From contig JBFIML010000026.1 in assembly GCA_041611735.1 (NCBI GenBank), positions 1 to 60,240 of the forward strand: DNA of 60,240 nucleotides, read 5' to 3'. Of the stretch, positions 1-9,019 are shown piece by piece. The stretch is from Myxococcota bacterium (GTDB taxonomy: Bacteria > Myxococcota_A > UBA9160 > PR03). The translations under genes were made by a program, and so were the position numbers. Below the pieces are notes generated by a model. That model was not told the DNA's origin, did not search any database, and worked only from the letters and a program-made list of their open reading frames with translations. How positions within the stretch are numbered: the first letter of the stretch is position 1; every line of letters starts with the position of its first letter.

Positions 1-186
1 CTCCGCCTCCGGCGGAGGCACGATGCCGAGGCCGCGCTCCAGCAGGGTGCGCAGCTCCTCCCAGCGCCGCAGCTCCGAGACCGACAGGGGCGGCTGCTCG
101 TGTCGGCGCCGACGATTGAGGGGCAGGAACTCCCGGACCAGCTGCGCCACGCTCGGGAGCCGGGGCCCGCCTGCACCGGCCGTCAT
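1..186 (-). CDS. Hypothetical protein, N-terminal part only (runs off the window edge)
   Basis: ATG at 186 directly abuts the stop of the quinone oxidoreductase. Frame is open to the edge: MTAGAGGPRLPSVAQLVREFLPLNRRRRHEQPPLSVSELRRWEELRTLLE... Confidence 0.55.
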   Translation of the reverse strand, partial: MTAGAGGPRLPSVAQLVREFLPLNRRRRHEQPPLSVSELRRWEELRTLLERGLGIVPPPEAE

Positions 187-1167
187 CTACGCGACCCGCA
201 GCACGATCTTTCCGAAGTGGCCGCTCGCCTTCATGAGCCGGTGCGCCTCGGCCGCCCGGTCCAGCGGAAGCACCCGGTCGATCACGGGGCGCAGCGTGCC
301 CGCCTCGAGGTCCGGACCGAAGCGGCGCCAGAAGCCGGCCACGATGGCCTCCTTCTCCGCCGTGGGCCGGCTGCGCAGGGTGGAGCCGATCACGGACAGA
401 CGGCGGACCAGGAGCGGCCCGAGACCGAGCTCCGCCCTGGCGCCGCCCATCAGGCCGATCAGCACCAGACGCCCGCCCACGGCGAGGACCCGCAGGTTGC
501 GTTCGAGATACGGGGCGCCGATGGCGTCCAACACCACGTCCACGCCGCGACCCCCGGTCACCTCGTGGACCGTCTCCACGAAGTCGGCCTCCCGGTAGTT
601 GACCGCCCGGTCGGCTCCCAGGGCTTCGCAGCGACGGCACTTGTCCTCGGAGCCGGCAGTGACCACGACCGTGGCGCCGACCCGGCGGGCGAGCTGGATG
701 GCCGCCGTGCCTACCCCGCTGCCGCCCCCGTGCACCAGGGCGGCGCCGCCCTCGGCCAGACCACCCAGCTCGAAGAGGTTCAGCCAGGCGGTGAGGAAGA
801 CCTCCGGGATCGCGGCGGCCTCCTCCAGGGACAGCCGCTCCGGCACCGGCATGGCGCAGCCTGCCGCAACGACCGCCTGCTCCGCGTAGCCCCCGCCCGC
901 CAGGAGCGCCATGGCCCGCTCTCCGGGCTTCCAGCCGCGTACGTCGGCTGCCACCTCGAGGACGGTTCCGGCGCACTCCAGGCCGAGCAGGGGCGAGGCC
1001 CCGGGCGGCGGCGGGTAGCGCCCCTGGCGCTGCAGCAGGTCGGCACGGTTGAGCGCCGTGGCGGCGACGGCGATGCGCAGCTCGCCGGGGCCGAGCTCCG
1101 GCTCCGGCGCCTCCCCGACGCGCAGCACCGTCTCGTCGCCCGGCTCGTCGACCAGGACCCCCTTCAC
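187..1167 (-). CDS. NAD(P)H-quinone oxidoreductase (zeta-crystallin/PIG3-like MDR family)
   Basis: 326 aa; NRADLLQRQGRYPPPPGASPLLGLE, HGGGSGVG nucleotide-binding loop, C-terminal GHFGKIVL. Confidence 0.92.
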   Translation of the reverse strand: MKGVLVDEPGDETVLRVGEAPEPELGPGELRIAVAATALNRADLLQRQGRYPPPPGASPLLGLECAGTVLEVAADVRGWKPGERAMALLAGGGYAEQAVVAAGCAMPVPERLSLEEAAAIPEVFLTAWLNLFELGGLAEGGAALVHGGGSGVGTAAIQLARRVGATVVVTAGSEDKCRRCEALGADRAVNYREADFVETVHEVTGGRGVDVVLDAIGAPYLERNLRVLAVGGRLVLIGLMGGARAELGLGPLLVRRLSVIGSTLRSRPTAEKEAIVAGFWRRFGPDLEAGTLRPVIDRVLPLDRAAEAHRLMKASGHFGKIVLRVA

Positions 1168-1205
1168 GCCGCGCAGCGTATCACGTCACTACGTGGCGTC
1201 CCGCC

Positions 1206-1234
1206 TTGCCTCCCCCATCGTCCGAGCGTAGGTT
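1206..1234 (+). promoter_or_regulatory. Putative sigma70 promoter of rnpB
   Basis: TTGCCT-17 nt-TAGGTT ending about 10 nt upstream of the RNase P RNA P1 helix. Confidence 0.55.
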
Positions 1235-1243
1235 TGAGTGGAC

Positions 1244-1679
1244 CGGAGGTGGACGGAGGATCGCCGGCGGACACAGACCGTCCGCGGGAGGAAAGTCCGG
1301 GCTCCGCAGGGCAGGGAGGTCGCTAACGGCGACCCGGGGTGACCCGAGGGAAAGTGCCACAGAAACCACACCGCCGATGGCCGGGGATCCCGGGCGTTCG
1401 GGTGAGAACGCCCGGGGGAGGCACAGGCAAGGGTGAAATCGTGGGGCAAGAGCCCACGCGCGACGGCCGGGCGACCGGCGGCGGGGCAAACCCCTCCCGG
1501 AGCAAGCTCGAATAGGGATGTCGTCGAGGGTGGCCCGCCCGAAGCGTCCCGTTCGCGGGATTCCGGCATCCGGGTGAGGGTGCTCGAGCGGCGCAGCAAT
1601 GCGTCGCCTAGACGAATGATCCTCGCCGTCGTCGGGGCGACCCGGCGCCGGAACAGAACCCGGCTTACAGTCCACTCCG
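1244..1679 (+). ncRNA. rnpB: RNase P RNA, bacterial type A
   Basis: Hallmarks GAGGAAAGTCCGGGCTCC, GAAAGTGCCACAGAAA, GGGTGAAA, GGCAAACCC, CTAGACGAATGA, ACAGAACCCGGCTTA. 5' CGGAG(G)TGGAC pairs with 3' GTCCACTCCG. Confidence 0.97.
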
Positions 1680-1766
1680 CAGGCGGCGCGCGGCGTCGCC
1701 CGGACCCGGGGGCCGAAGCGGCGCCACGCCCCCGGGGCTCCGGTTCCTCTCGCGCCGGAAGCCCGT

Positions 1767-2681
1767 ATGCACGTCGAGACCCCGCTTCCCCTGGACGACT
1801 GGCGGGCCGTGGAGCCCGCCGCGCGCGCCGCCGAGGCGGCGGGCTTCGACGGCCTGACGGTCTCGGAGATCGACCACGACCCCTTCGTGCCCCTGGCGCT
1901 GGCCGCGTTGGTCACCGAGCGGGTGCGGCTCGGCACCGCGATCGTCGTGGCCTTCCCACGCAGTCCGACGGTGCTGGCCCACCAGGCCTGGGACCTGCAC
2001 GCGCATTCACGGGGGCGTTTCGTACTGGGACTCGGCACCCAGGTGAAGGGTCACAACGAACGCCGCTACGGGGTACCCTGGACCGCCCCGGTACCGCGCC
2101 TGCGCGAGTACGTGCAGGCGCTGCGGGCCCTCTGGCGCTGCTGGGAGAAGCGCGAACCGCTGCGCGTGGAGGGTGAGCACTACCGGCTCTCGCTCATGAC
2201 CCCGGAGTTCTCGCCGGCCCCATCGGGCCTGCCTCCGATCCCCATCGCGATCGCCGCCGTTGGCCCGGACATGCTGCGCCTGTCCGGCCGGGTGTGCGAC
2301 GGCGTGCGCCTGCACGGCTTCTGCACGCGCCGCTACCTGGAGGAGGTCGCCCTGCCCCGCATCCGCAACGGGCTGGACCGGGCAGGCCGCAAGCGCAGCC
2401 ACTTCGAGGTGTGGGGCGGCGGCTTCGTAGCCACGGGACGCGACGCCGCAGAGGTGGCCCGCGCCCTCGAATGGGTGCGCTACCGGGTGGCCTTCTACGG
2501 CTCCACACGCACCTACCTCCCGGTGCTCGAGCTGCACGGCTGGCAGGACCTGGGCGCCAGGCTGCACCGGCTCTCCGTCGCGGGACGCTGGCGCGAGATG
2601 GCCGCAGGGGTGCCGGACGACGTGCTGCACGAGTTCGTGGCCGCGGCGCCCTACCCGGAGCTCGCCGCGGCGTGGCCGTGA
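1767..2681 (+). CDS. LLM-class (probably F420-dependent) oxidoreductase, possibly C-terminally shortened
   Basis: 304 aa; EIDHDPF, GTAIVVAFPRSP, GRFVLGLGTQVKGHNERRYG, FYGSTRTY. Confidence 0.85.
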   Translation: MHVETPLPLDDWRAVEPAARAAEAAGFDGLTVSEIDHDPFVPLALAALVTERVRLGTAIVVAFPRSPTVLAHQAWDLHAHSRGRFVLGLGTQVKGHNERRYGVPWTAPVPRLREYVQALRALWRCWEKREPLRVEGEHYRLSLMTPEFSPAPSGLPPIPIAIAAVGPDMLRLSGRVCDGVRLHGFCTRRYLEEVALPRIRNGLDRAGRKRSHFEVWGGGFVATGRDAAEVARALEWVRYRVAFYGSTRTYLPVLELHGWQDLGARLHRLSVAGRWREMAAGVPDDVLHEFVAAAPYPELAAAWP

Positions 2682-2682
2682 C

Positions 2683-3753
2683 TCAGGCGCTCCCGGCCGG
2701 GTAGGCGTAGCAGCGCAGCCGCCGGCGCCGCGCGACGTCGTAGCCGCGCCACTTGCTCTTCGGCAGCTCGCCGGGACGCACCCGATCGAAGCCCTGCCGC
2801 TCGAAGAAGGCCCCCACGCGCTCCGACGTCGTGCACGCGAACACGCGGCGCAGCCCCAGCTCCCGGGCCCGCTCCAGGGCGAAGGCCATCAGGTCGCGCC
2901 CGATCCCCTCACCCAGGAAGCGGGTCAGCGTATACAGGGAGGCGATCTCGCCGGCCCGCGCGCGCCCATGGACCAGCAGCGCCGCGATCCCCGCCAGGTG
3001 GCGCCCCTCCACGAAGGCACCGAAGCCGCTGGCCAGCACGCGGTCCACCTCGGCCGCAGGGCGCGGGGCCAGGAAGCCCTCGGCCACGCCGCGGGCGAAG
3101 AGATCGTGGGCGGCGTCGAAGTCGTCGATGCCCAGGCGCCGCACCGTGGCGTAGCGTTGCAGGGTGAAGAGGGTGCCGGATCCCGCGTAGGTGAAGAGCT
3201 CCTGGTCGAGGCCTTCCAGGGTGCACACGTTGACGGCCGCGATGCCCCCGATGAGCAGCGCCTCCACCTCCCGCAGCAGCGCGCGGCGCGGGTGCCCTCC
3301 GCTCAGCAGGGCGCGCAGGCCCTCCCGGTGCACGAAGGAGCGGCGCCGGCCGCGGCGGTCCAGGAGACCCCCACCCGGGTCGATCCATACCAGCTTCGAC
3401 ACCTGGAGACGCAGGGCGATCTCCCGGCAGGTGCGTGCGAAGGGACGTCCGGGGCGCACGAGGACACCGAGGCGCGGCGTCTGGCGCAGCGCCCGCCATA
3501 CCGACGCCTCGAAGCTCGGGGTGGTGGCCGGGAGCACCGTGGCCGCGGCCTCCGCCAGCGCCGCGCGTCCCGTGGAGACGACCACCACCCGGCTGCCGTG
3601 CTCCGCCAGCTCGCGGACCACCGCCCCGAGCCCGTGCCCACGCTGCAGGACGCGACCCATCCCGGCGATGATCAGGGTGCGGCCGCGGAACTCCTGGAGG
3701 TAGAAGCCCCGCTCCGAGAACGGAACCGGAGACGGCACGGCGGCTCGGCCCAT
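2683..3753 (-). CDS. Amino-acid N-acetyltransferase, ArgA/NAGS-like (degenerate AAK domain + GNAT domain)
   Basis: FYLQEFRGRTL start, ELFTYAGSGTLF linker, GEIASLY...GEGIG, FACTT...FFERQGF; 356 aa. Confidence 0.78.
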   Translation of the reverse strand: MGRAAVPSPVPFSERGFYLQEFRGRTLIIAGMGRVLQRGHGLGAVVRELAEHGSRVVVVSTGRAALAEAAATVLPATTPSFEASVWRALRQTPRLGVLVRPGRPFARTCREIALRLQVSKLVWIDPGGGLLDRRGRRRSFVHREGLRALLSGGHPRRALLREVEALLIGGIAAVNVCTLEGLDQELFTYAGSGTLFTLQRYATVRRLGIDDFDAAHDLFARGVAEGFLAPRPAAEVDRVLASGFGAFVEGRHLAGIAALLVHGRARAGEIASLYTLTRFLGEGIGRDLMAFALERARELGLRRVFACTTSERVGAFFERQGFDRVRPGELPKSKWRGYDVARRRRLRCYAYPAGSA

Positions 3754-3836
3754 GGGCCGAGCAGTGTCGCGGATCCCCCCGCGAACGCACGGGTCGGCTT
3801 GGAGGAACGGCGTGCAGTGGGTATCGTGCGACGCCC

Positions 3837-5606
3837 ATGGAGTGGCAGGGGTGGCTGACCCTCGGCGTCCTCGTTCTCGTGATCGCCGGCATGGTGCGGG
3901 AGATCGCGGGCCCCGATCTGGTCATGATGGCGGGCCTGCTGGTGCTGGGGACCGCCGGCGTGCTCACGCCCAAGGAGACCTTCTCCGGCTTCGCGAACCC
4001 GGTGGTGGCCACGGTGGGAGCGCTCTTCGTCCTGGGCGCGGCCATGCGGGAGACCGGCGTGATGGAACGCGTGGTCGGATTCCTGTTCGGCCGCTCCCGG
4101 AGCGCCCGATCGGAGCTGGTGCGGCTGTGCCCGTCCCTGGCCGCCATGTCGGCCTTCCTGAACAACGCGACGATCGTCGCCATGATCACGCCGGTGGTGA
4201 TCGACTGGGCACGCCGGCACCACGTCTCGCCGAGCCGCTTCCTGATCCCGATCAGCTATTCCACGATCCTCGGTGGCACGCTCACCCTGATGGGGACCAG
4301 CACGGTGCTCACGGTGGCCGGCCTGGTGCTGGATGCGGACATGGAGCCGCTCCAGTTCTTCGAGCTGACTCCGGTGGGGATTCCCATCTGCCTGACCGGA
4401 GTGATCTACCTGCTGCTGGCGGGCCCCCGGCTCCTGCCGGCACGCAAGGAGCCCTCGGAGCAGCTCGGCGAACGGCGGCGCGAGTACACCACGGGGATGA
4501 TCGTCGAGGCGGACTCCCCCCTGGTGGGGAGCTCCGTGGAGGGCGCCGGCCTGCGCCACCTGCCGGGCCTGTTCCTGGTGGAGATCGACCGGGCGAGCCG
4601 CGTGATCACGCCGGTGGCGCCGGATGAATCCATCCTGGCCGGCGACCGGCTCGTCTTCGCGGGCGCGGTCTCCACCATCGTGGACCTGCAGCGCTTTCGG
4701 GGCCTGGTGCCGGCCTCCGACGCCGACGAGCCCTCCCCCACCGACGCGGGGCGCCGGCTGGTGGAAGCGGTGATCTCCCACTCGTCGCCGCTCGTGAACC
4801 GCAGCGTGCGCGACGCCAACTTCCGCACCGTGTACGACGCGGCGGTGATCGCCGTGCACCGCAACGGGGAGCGCGTGGGCGGCAAGATCGGCGAGATCGT
4901 GCTGCATCCGGGCGACACCCTGCTGCTGCAGACGGGTCCCGGCTTCCTGCGCGCCCACGGCAACAGCGCGGACTTCTACCTGGTCAGCGAGGTTCACGGG
5001 GGCCAACGGCCGCGCTTCGAGAAGTCCTGGCTCGCGGTCTCGGTCCTGGCGGCCATGGTGGCCCTGGTGGCCAGCGGCGTGACGCCGATCTCCCTGGCGG
5101 CCCTGGTGGCTGCGGGCGTCCTGGTGGCGACGCGCTGCATCTCGGGGACCCTGGCCCGGCGTAGCGTCCAATGGCAGATCCTGGTGGTGATCGGCGCCGG
5201 GCTCGGCATCGCCCTGGCCATGCAGAAGACGGGCGCGGCCCGGGCCGTGGCGCACGTGCTGGTGGAGGCGGCCGGGCCCGCGGGCCCCCTGGCCAGCCTG
5301 GCGGTGGTCTACGGGGTCACGCTCCTGTTGGCCGAGTTCCTCCAGCACAACGCAGCGGCCGCCATGATGTTCCCGGTGGCGGTGGCGAGCGCCGCGGAGC
5401 TCGGCGTGGAGCCGCGCGGGTTCGTGCTGGCGGTGGCGATCGCGGCGTCCTGCTCCTTCGCGGTCCCGGTGAGCTACCAGACGCACCTGATCGTCTACGG
5501 GCCGGGTGGCTATCGCTTCACGGACTTCGTGCGGGTCGGGCTTCCGCTGGATCTGCTCTGCGCGGCGGTCGCCCTGTTGCTGATCCCCCGCTTCTGGCCC
5601 CTTTGA
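3837..5606 (+). CDS. SLC13/DASS family permease with two TrkA-C (RCK_C) domains
   Basis: 589 aa; SAFLNNAT, GGTLTLMGTST, two soluble RCK_C repeats, PVSYQTHLIVYGPGGYRFTDF. Confidence 0.92.
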   Translation: MEWQGWLTLGVLVLVIAGMVREIAGPDLVMMAGLLVLGTAGVLTPKETFSGFANPVVATVGALFVLGAAMRETGVMERVVGFLFGRSRSARSELVRLCPSLAAMSAFLNNATIVAMITPVVIDWARRHHVSPSRFLIPISYSTILGGTLTLMGTSTVLTVAGLVLDADMEPLQFFELTPVGIPICLTGVIYLLLAGPRLLPARKEPSEQLGERRREYTTGMIVEADSPLVGSSVEGAGLRHLPGLFLVEIDRASRVITPVAPDESILAGDRLVFAGAVSTIVDLQRFRGLVPASDADEPSPTDAGRRLVEAVISHSSPLVNRSVRDANFRTVYDAAVIAVHRNGERVGGKIGEIVLHPGDTLLLQTGPGFLRAHGNSADFYLVSEVHGGQRPRFEKSWLAVSVLAAMVALVASGVTPISLAALVAAGVLVATRCISGTLARRSVQWQILVVIGAGLGIALAMQKTGAARAVAHVLVEAAGPAGPLASLAVVYGVTLLLAEFLQHNAAAAMMFPVAVASAAELGVEPRGFVLAVAIAASCSFAVPVSYQTHLIVYGPGGYRFTDFVRVGLPLDLLCAAVALLLIPRFWPL

Positions 5607-5949
5607 GCAGGCCGCGAGGACCGCGATCTCCCCGCGGGGAATCCTCTCGTCCCCGGACCCGCAAAAAAGGTTTGCGCCGGCCCCTCCCCCTGGTGCATGA
5701 TCCCGAGCTACCCGGGTGCCCCCCCGAATCACTGGCGGCCCGTCGGCCTCCGACCCCGAACGGTCCGTAGCGCACCGCATCGCGGCGGTCGGCGTGGCCG
5801 GCGAGCGCCCCAGGTCACTTTGGCGAGGCCGGGAAGTCGGTGATGCCGCTCGCGAACCTCCCGGGGGAGGCGGACGATGAAACCGGGGATGCCCGAGTGG
5901 TATCGAACCTGGTTTGAGGGGTCGCGGGCGGACTCCTCGAGGTGAGGGC

Positions 5950-7329
5950 GTGAAGTTCGACGATCGCAGAACCCCGAGCAGCGGCGAGGATCGCCCGCGC
6001 GGAGTCACCGGAGCCGCGCCGGCAGTCGCCAGCGAGGAGCTCGATCCGGGACGGGAGCGCCGGCCCCTGGAGTCGTATTTCCAGGAGATCGGGGGCACGC
6101 GCACCCTGCGCCGGGAAGAGGAAGTGCTGCTCGCCAAGGAGCTCGAGGCGGCCACCGCCCAGCTTCGCGCGGCCCTGTACGTGATCCCGAGCTCCGCGCG
6201 CCACGTGGTGGAGCGTTGGGACGCCCTGCGCGCCCTCTCCCACACCGGCGCCAAGCTCTCCGAGTCCGTGGGAGACGAGGAGACCGGCGAGATCGCCGCC
6301 CGGGTGGAGCGCGCCGTGAAGCGGCTGCGCAAGCTGGGCGAGGAGCGCGAGCGGAAGCAGCGCCACGGGGCCGTGCTGCGCACCCTGGAGGAGGTAGACC
6401 GGCGCATGGCCCGCGAGCTGGACTCCGCCCAGCTCTCCCTGGCGGTCCTGGCGGAGCTGCGCGATCGAACCCTGCGGCTTGCCGCCCGCATGAGTCGGGC
6501 CAAGCGGGGAACTCGCCGGCTTCGTGAGCTGGAGTCCCAGGCGAACCTGCCCAAGGCCATGATGCTGGAACGGGCCCGGGCGGTACGCGAGGCCCAGGAG
6601 CGCATGACGGCGGTGAAGAATCGCTTCATCGAGCACAACCTGAAGCTCGTGGTCGCGATCGCCAAGGACTACCGGAACCTGGGTCTCTCCTTCCCCGACC
6701 TGATCCAGGAGGGCAACCTGGGCCTGATCCGGGCGGTGGAGAAGTTCGACCACCGGCGCGGCTTCAAGTTCTCGACCTATGCCGTGTGGTGGATCCGGCA
6801 GGCCCTGGTGCGTGCGATCCAGAACCACTCGCGGACCATCCGCCTGCCCTCGCACGTCCACGACCGGCTGCAGCGCAGCCAGCGCGTGCGCGCGGAGCTC
6901 ACCGGCAAGCTCGGGCGGGATCCCAGCGCCGCGGAGCTGGCCCCCGCTCTCGGCACGGACGTGGACGCTCTCGAGTCCCTGGATCGGCTCTCGCGGGAGG
7001 CGATCTCCCTGGAGTCGCACGTGGCGGGCACGGAGAAGCGGCTCGGGGAGTTCGTGGCCGATGCGGCCGCATCCACCCCGGACTCCGGCATCGACGGCGA
7101 CCGCGTGCGCTCCGGCGTCGGGCAGCTCATGTCGAACCTCTCGGACCGCGAGCGCCTGATCCTGCGCCTGCGCTACGGCCTGGGCGGCGAAGAGGAGCAC
7201 ACCCTGGAGCAGATCGGCCAGTCCTTGGGCCTCTCCCGGGAGCGGGTGCGACAGCTGGAGGCGCGGGCGCTCAAGAAGCTGCGCGAGACGGCTCCGGCCC
7301 AGCGCCTGCACCCGATCCTGGAGCCCTGA
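5950..7329 (+). CDS. RNA polymerase sigma-70 factor, RpoD/RpoS-like, lacking region 1.1
   Basis: Region 1.2 [16 protein letters not shown]; region 2 [41 protein letters not shown]; region 4 [18 protein letters not shown] start after GAGGTGAGG. Confidence 0.93.
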   Translation: MKFDDRRTPSSGEDRPRGVTGAAPAVASEELDPGRERRPLESYFQEIGGTRTLRREEEVLLAKELEAATAQLRAALYVIPSSARHVVERWDALRALSHTGAKLSESVGDEETGEIAARVERAVKRLRKLGEERERKQRHGAVLRTLEEVDRRMARELDSAQLSLAVLAELRDRTLRLAARMSRAKRGTRRLRELESQANLPKAMMLERARAVREAQERMTAVKNRFIEHNLKLVVAIAKDYRNLGLSFPDLIQEGNLGLIRAVEKFDHRRGFKFSTYAVWWIRQALVRAIQNHSRTIRLPSHVHDRLQRSQRVRAELTGKLGRDPSAAELAPALGTDVDALESLDRLSREAISLESHVAGTEKRLGEFVADAAASTPDSGIDGDRVRSGVGQLMSNLSDRERLILRLRYGLGGEEEHTLEQIGQSLGLSRERVRQLEARALKKLRETAPAQRLHPILEP

Positions 7330-7423
7330 GGCCCTCGCCCCGCCTCGCGGCGCGGCAGCTTGCCGCCCTGCCAGCGGCGTGTCTCGGCGCCCGCCCTTCC
7401 CACGCCAGCCCTGGGTCCGGGCA

Positions 7424-8209
7424 CTAGGGCACCCAGAGGGTCCAGAGCAGTCCCAGGGCGCCGAGACCCCAGACGTAGTATGCGAAGCGGTGGAAGTGGC
7501 GCGTGCGCAGCAGGCGCACGAACAGCACCAGCGCGCCGAGTCCGACCCCCAGCGCCATCGCCGTCCCGAGCGCGGCGTCCACCAGCACCGCATTGCTGGC
7601 GGCGAGCACCTCGGGCACCTCGAGGGCCATGGCACCCCCCACGGCGGCCACGGACAGCAGGAAGGAGAACTCCGCGGCGGCCCCGGGGGCCACCCCCAGC
7701 GCCAGGGCCGTGGTAACCGTGGCCCCGCTGCGGGAGATACCGGGCAGGATCGCGAGCGCCTGGGACCAGCCGATCCACCAGGCCGCCCACCAGCTCGGGA
7801 CCGGGGCGTGCGCGACGGGAAGCGTGCCGCGCGTGCTCCACAGCATCCAGCCCGTGGCGAGCAGCCCCCAGGCGGCCACCCGCGGATCCTCGAACTGGGC
7901 CTCCAGGAAGCTGCGCCCGCCCAGACCCACGGCCGCGGCCGGCAGGGTGGCGAGGCCGAGCTTGCCGACGTAGACGAGAGCCTCGCGCTGGCCCCGCAGG
8001 CCTCCCGCCGCCAGGCTCGCCAGCCGGCGGCGGTAGAAGATCACCACCGCCACCAGGGTCCCGCCGTGCAGGGCCACCTCGAAGAGGATCCCGGGCGAGG
8101 CGACGCCGAGCATGGCGCCGACCAGCACCAGATGTCCCGAGCTCGAGACCGGCAGGAACTCGGTGAGGCCCTGGAGCGCGCCCAGCAGCAACGCCTCGAG
8201 CGGACCCAT
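7424..8209 (-). CDS. uppP: Undecaprenyl-diphosphate phosphatase
   Basis: QGLTEFLPVSSSGHL and PGISRSGAT signature motifs. Confidence 0.93.
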   Translation of the reverse strand: MGPLEALLLGALQGLTEFLPVSSSGHLVLVGAMLGVASPGILFEVALHGGTLVAVVIFYRRRLASLAAGGLRGQREALVYVGKLGLATLPAAAVGLGGRSFLEAQFEDPRVAAWGLLATGWMLWSTRGTLPVAHAPVPSWWAAWWIGWSQALAILPGISRSGATVTTALALGVAPGAAAEFSFLLSVAAVGGAMALEVPEVLAASNAVLVDAALGTAMALGVGLGALVLFVRLLRTRHFHRFAYYVWGLGALGLLWTLWVP

Positions 8210-8263
8210 GCGCCCCCCATCCGGAGGCCGCCGGGCGAAGCCTCCTCACCCCGGCCGGGCAGG

Positions 8264-9019
8264 CTAGCGTGGAACGCCCCGGCCGCCGCGCCCTTCCCCG
8301 CTGGCGAAGCGCGCGGCTCCGCGCCGCCCCACCCCGACCGTCGGCCCGCCGAGGCGACGCTCCAGGGCGAGGCCCTCTTGGAGGGGCAGTCCGAAGCCGC
8401 GGATCGCCGCCTCGCGGTCGGCGAGCAGCGTCTCCTGCGGGAAGCCCGCCAGCTGCTCGGCCCAGCCGAGGGCCTGCTCGAGGGCCCGCCCGCGCTCCAC
8501 CACCGCGTTCACCAGCCCGAAGGCGAGCGCCTCTCGCGCGTCCACAGGACGCCCCAGCAGGATCATCTCCAGGGCCCGTCCGAGCCCGACGACGCGCGGC
8601 AGCCGCTGGGTGCCTCCGTCCACCAGCGGCACCCCGAAGCGCCGTTCGAAGCAGCCGAAGACGGCGCTCTCGTCGGCCACCCGCAGGTCGCACCAGAGTG
8701 CGAGCTCGAGACCGCCCGCCACGCAGTAGCCGGACACCGCAGCAATGGTGGGCTTGGGCGAGTGGAGACGCGTGATGCCGAGCGGGCCCTCGGGCCGGTC
8801 GCTGAGGCTGTCGAACGCCTTCAGGTCCGCCCCGGCGCAGAAGGCCCGCTCGTCGCCGGTCAGGATCAGCGTTCGCGCCTCCGCGTCGGCGCAGAAGAGG
8901 TCGAAGCTCTCGCGCAGAGCCGTGGCCATGGCGGCGTCCACGGCGTTGCGTCGCTCGGGGCGAGCGAGCCGCACCACCAAGGCGGTACCGTGACGCTCGA
9001 CGCGGACCGGTCCGCTCAC
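8264..9019 (-). CDS. Crotonase/enoyl-CoA hydratase family protein
   Basis: AFCAGADLK, AGGLELALWCDLR, FGVPLVDGGTQRL; GTG start overlaps the RND stop (GTGA). Confidence 0.9.
   Translation of the reverse strand: MSGPVRVERHGTALVVRLARPERRNAVDAAMATALRESFDLFCADAEARTLILTGDERAFCAGADLKAFDSLSDRPEGPLGITRLHSPKPTIAAVSGYCVAGGLELALWCDLRVADESAVFGCFERRFGVPLVDGGTQRLPRVVGLGRALEMILLGRPVDAREALAFGLVNAVVERGRALEQALGWAEQLAGFPQETLLADREAAIRGFGLPLQEGLALERRLGGPTVGVGRRGAARFASGEGRGGRGVPR

Noticed and set aside
1236-1253. Near-duplication GAGTGGAC / GAGGTGGAC at the rnpB 5' end as an alternative P1 helix
   Set aside because: The first copy lies right after the -10 box and is probably not fully transcribed; the second forms P1 with one bulge
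1181-1700. ORFs spanning 1181-2176
   Set aside because: They overlap the RNase P RNA and the LLM gene and show no protein motifs
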